Of a DNA stretch of 64,000 bases, positions 62,395 to 64,000 are shown in pieces. The stretch spans positions 1 through 64,000 of the forward strand of contig MQRK01178878.1 of assembly GCA_001938485.1 (NCBI GenBank). The letters run 5' to 3'. How positions within the stretch are numbered: position 1 is the first letter of the stretch; every line of letters begins with the position of its first letter. The position numbers were made by a program, and so were the translations under genes. The notes under the pieces were generated by a model, which saw nothing but the letters and a program-made list of their open reading frames with translations, did not search any database and was not told the DNA's origin. Source of the stretch: Girardia tigrina. Its lineage: Eukaryota.

Positions 62395-64000
62395 CACTAG
62401 TACAGAAATGTGTGTCAATTTGACCCACGCCAGAAGAAAAATTGATTTTAAACCAATATCGGCCCATCTATCCTAGCATTTTTTTATTTATATTCTAACT
62501 ATATGATATTGGGTTAATTATGATTACATCACCTCGGAAACATAATTTAAACAAGTTGCAGAATATTCACTGAAAGTGACTTTTTTCTTTCCATTTTTGT
62601 GGTATCTACATTTATGATTTATTATTAATCATGTATATTTGTTTTAACTTGGACATTTAATTGTAAATTTTAAATAAACATGAAATTAGAATTGTAAAAT
62701 AAAGTAATTACATTTTGAACTACTTTCTTTCTTTTACAAAAATGTTTCTGTTTTACTGTAGGATGGATAACCAACATTTTCTAAGCCTAATATTTGAATC
62801 ACTCAGTGATAATTCCGATAGCTCTGACGCTGTCGATCAAGTGACACTAGAGACATCGGTAATTTTATAGACTTTTGGTATAGGTTTTTTAATATTCTAT
62901 GCTAATTCATCTATTTGTCCACAGTTAAAAATACCATTGTTGAATATGAAGCGTTAGCTAGTGAAAATTTCGATTCAAGTTATCCAGGACAAGATATTGC
63001 CACAACTAAACGTTCAAAAGCAATAGTAACATCAAATAGAATACTGTAAATTACCATCAACTAAAACAAACGTACTGCCCAAATATATTTACACCTTTAC
63101 AACTGGGCTAACAAAAAATCAAGAATAATTGTTGATGAACTCGATACATTCTTACTTTCTAACGACAAAAGCATCATCAAGTTAGTTTTGAGATGTTCAA
63201 ATGATTTTTCCGAAAAAAAACAAGTTCAATTCAAATTTGACATTCTACTCAGATGGATTGGAATAAATCTTTATTTCGGGCTGACAAAATCAAAAAATGA
63301 CCCTTCAGGAACTATGGGGTAAGAAATACGAATTTAAAATTGTCAAATCTTGCATGTCATATAGAAAATTTGTAAAAATCAAAAAATATTGAGATTCGAT
63401 ATAAAATCCCGTAGGAACCAATCAAACAAAATTGCTCCGTTTAAGGAATTTTTTGAAGTTTTTAACCCGTAATTTGAGGCTTTCATACATTCCATCAAAG
63501 CCAGGAAAATACGACATAAAGGTGTGGGCTGTCTGCGAAACGGATATGTTTGCAATGCCCAGGTCTATGCTAGCAAATCTGGAAATATGTCCAAAAAAAT
63601 TCAAGGAAAAAGATTTGTCTTGGAAATGTGCGGGAATTTCTGTGTCAGGGTCGAATAATTACATGCGATAGCTTTTTTATATCTTATGACCTGGCATCAA
63701 CTCCTTTGGAAAAAAAATACATGTATTGTTGGGACAGTCACGAAATCAAGGACATTTTGCCACAGGAGTTTCAAAAAAAGTCTATACCAGTCGGTGAAAG
63801 ACAATATCTTTTTCAGGCCTGGTTAGCCTCCTCAATTTTGGCGACAAGAAGTAAAAATCAGTTGTTCTTTTATCTACGCTTCACAATGAAATTTGGGATG
63901 AACAAGCCAAACCTGAAATAGTATAATACTGCAATCAAACAAAGGTTGGTGTCGATCTTGCTGACCAAATCATGAGATTCTACAGTTGTAAAAGAGGTAC
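62395..64000 (+). mobile_element. Decayed piggyBac element running off the window end
   Basis: TTAA-CACTAG start; YIPSKPGKYDIKVWAVCE, GRIITCDSFF and NQTKVGVDLADQ motifs. Confidence 0.85.

Overview
Very AT-rich eukaryotic (metazoan) genomic DNA from a draft assembly with N gaps, dominated by nested and decayed transposable elements. Short 54-71 nt introns, CpG-rich exons and the TE spectrum would fit an invertebrate such as a triclad flatworm, but this is inference only. Three host-gene segments are supported, all on the minus strand: the first coding region of a GALNT1/13-like polypeptide GalNAc-transferase (5520-5962), a complete four-exon Hey-family bHLH-Orange gene (23590-24714), and the terminal exon of a SAXO/FAM154-like Mn-motif axonemal protein (56945-57444). 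TEs include cecropia- and mauritiana-type mariners, maT/Tc1/IS630-like and pogo remnants, several hAT elements with 8-bp TSDs, an apparently intact FLYWCH-MULE, an RLE non-LTR retrotransposon, Gypsy remnants, a Helentron-associated HINE, Penelope-like GIY-YIG fragments and a piggyBac. The most notable observations are: a dense RFX X-box/CCAAT/forkhead motif cluster near the ciliary gene; a minimal hammerhead ribozyme after a tandem Penelope fragment; an in-frame TGA in the GALNT coding region removable by a GC-rich intron with three in-frame donors; a Hey gene lacking YRPW but with a WRPD tail in the +1 frame; a four-level TE nest; and two adjacent inverted duplications. All family assignments come from motif recognition by eye, not database searches. 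I found no clearly novel multi-gene system.
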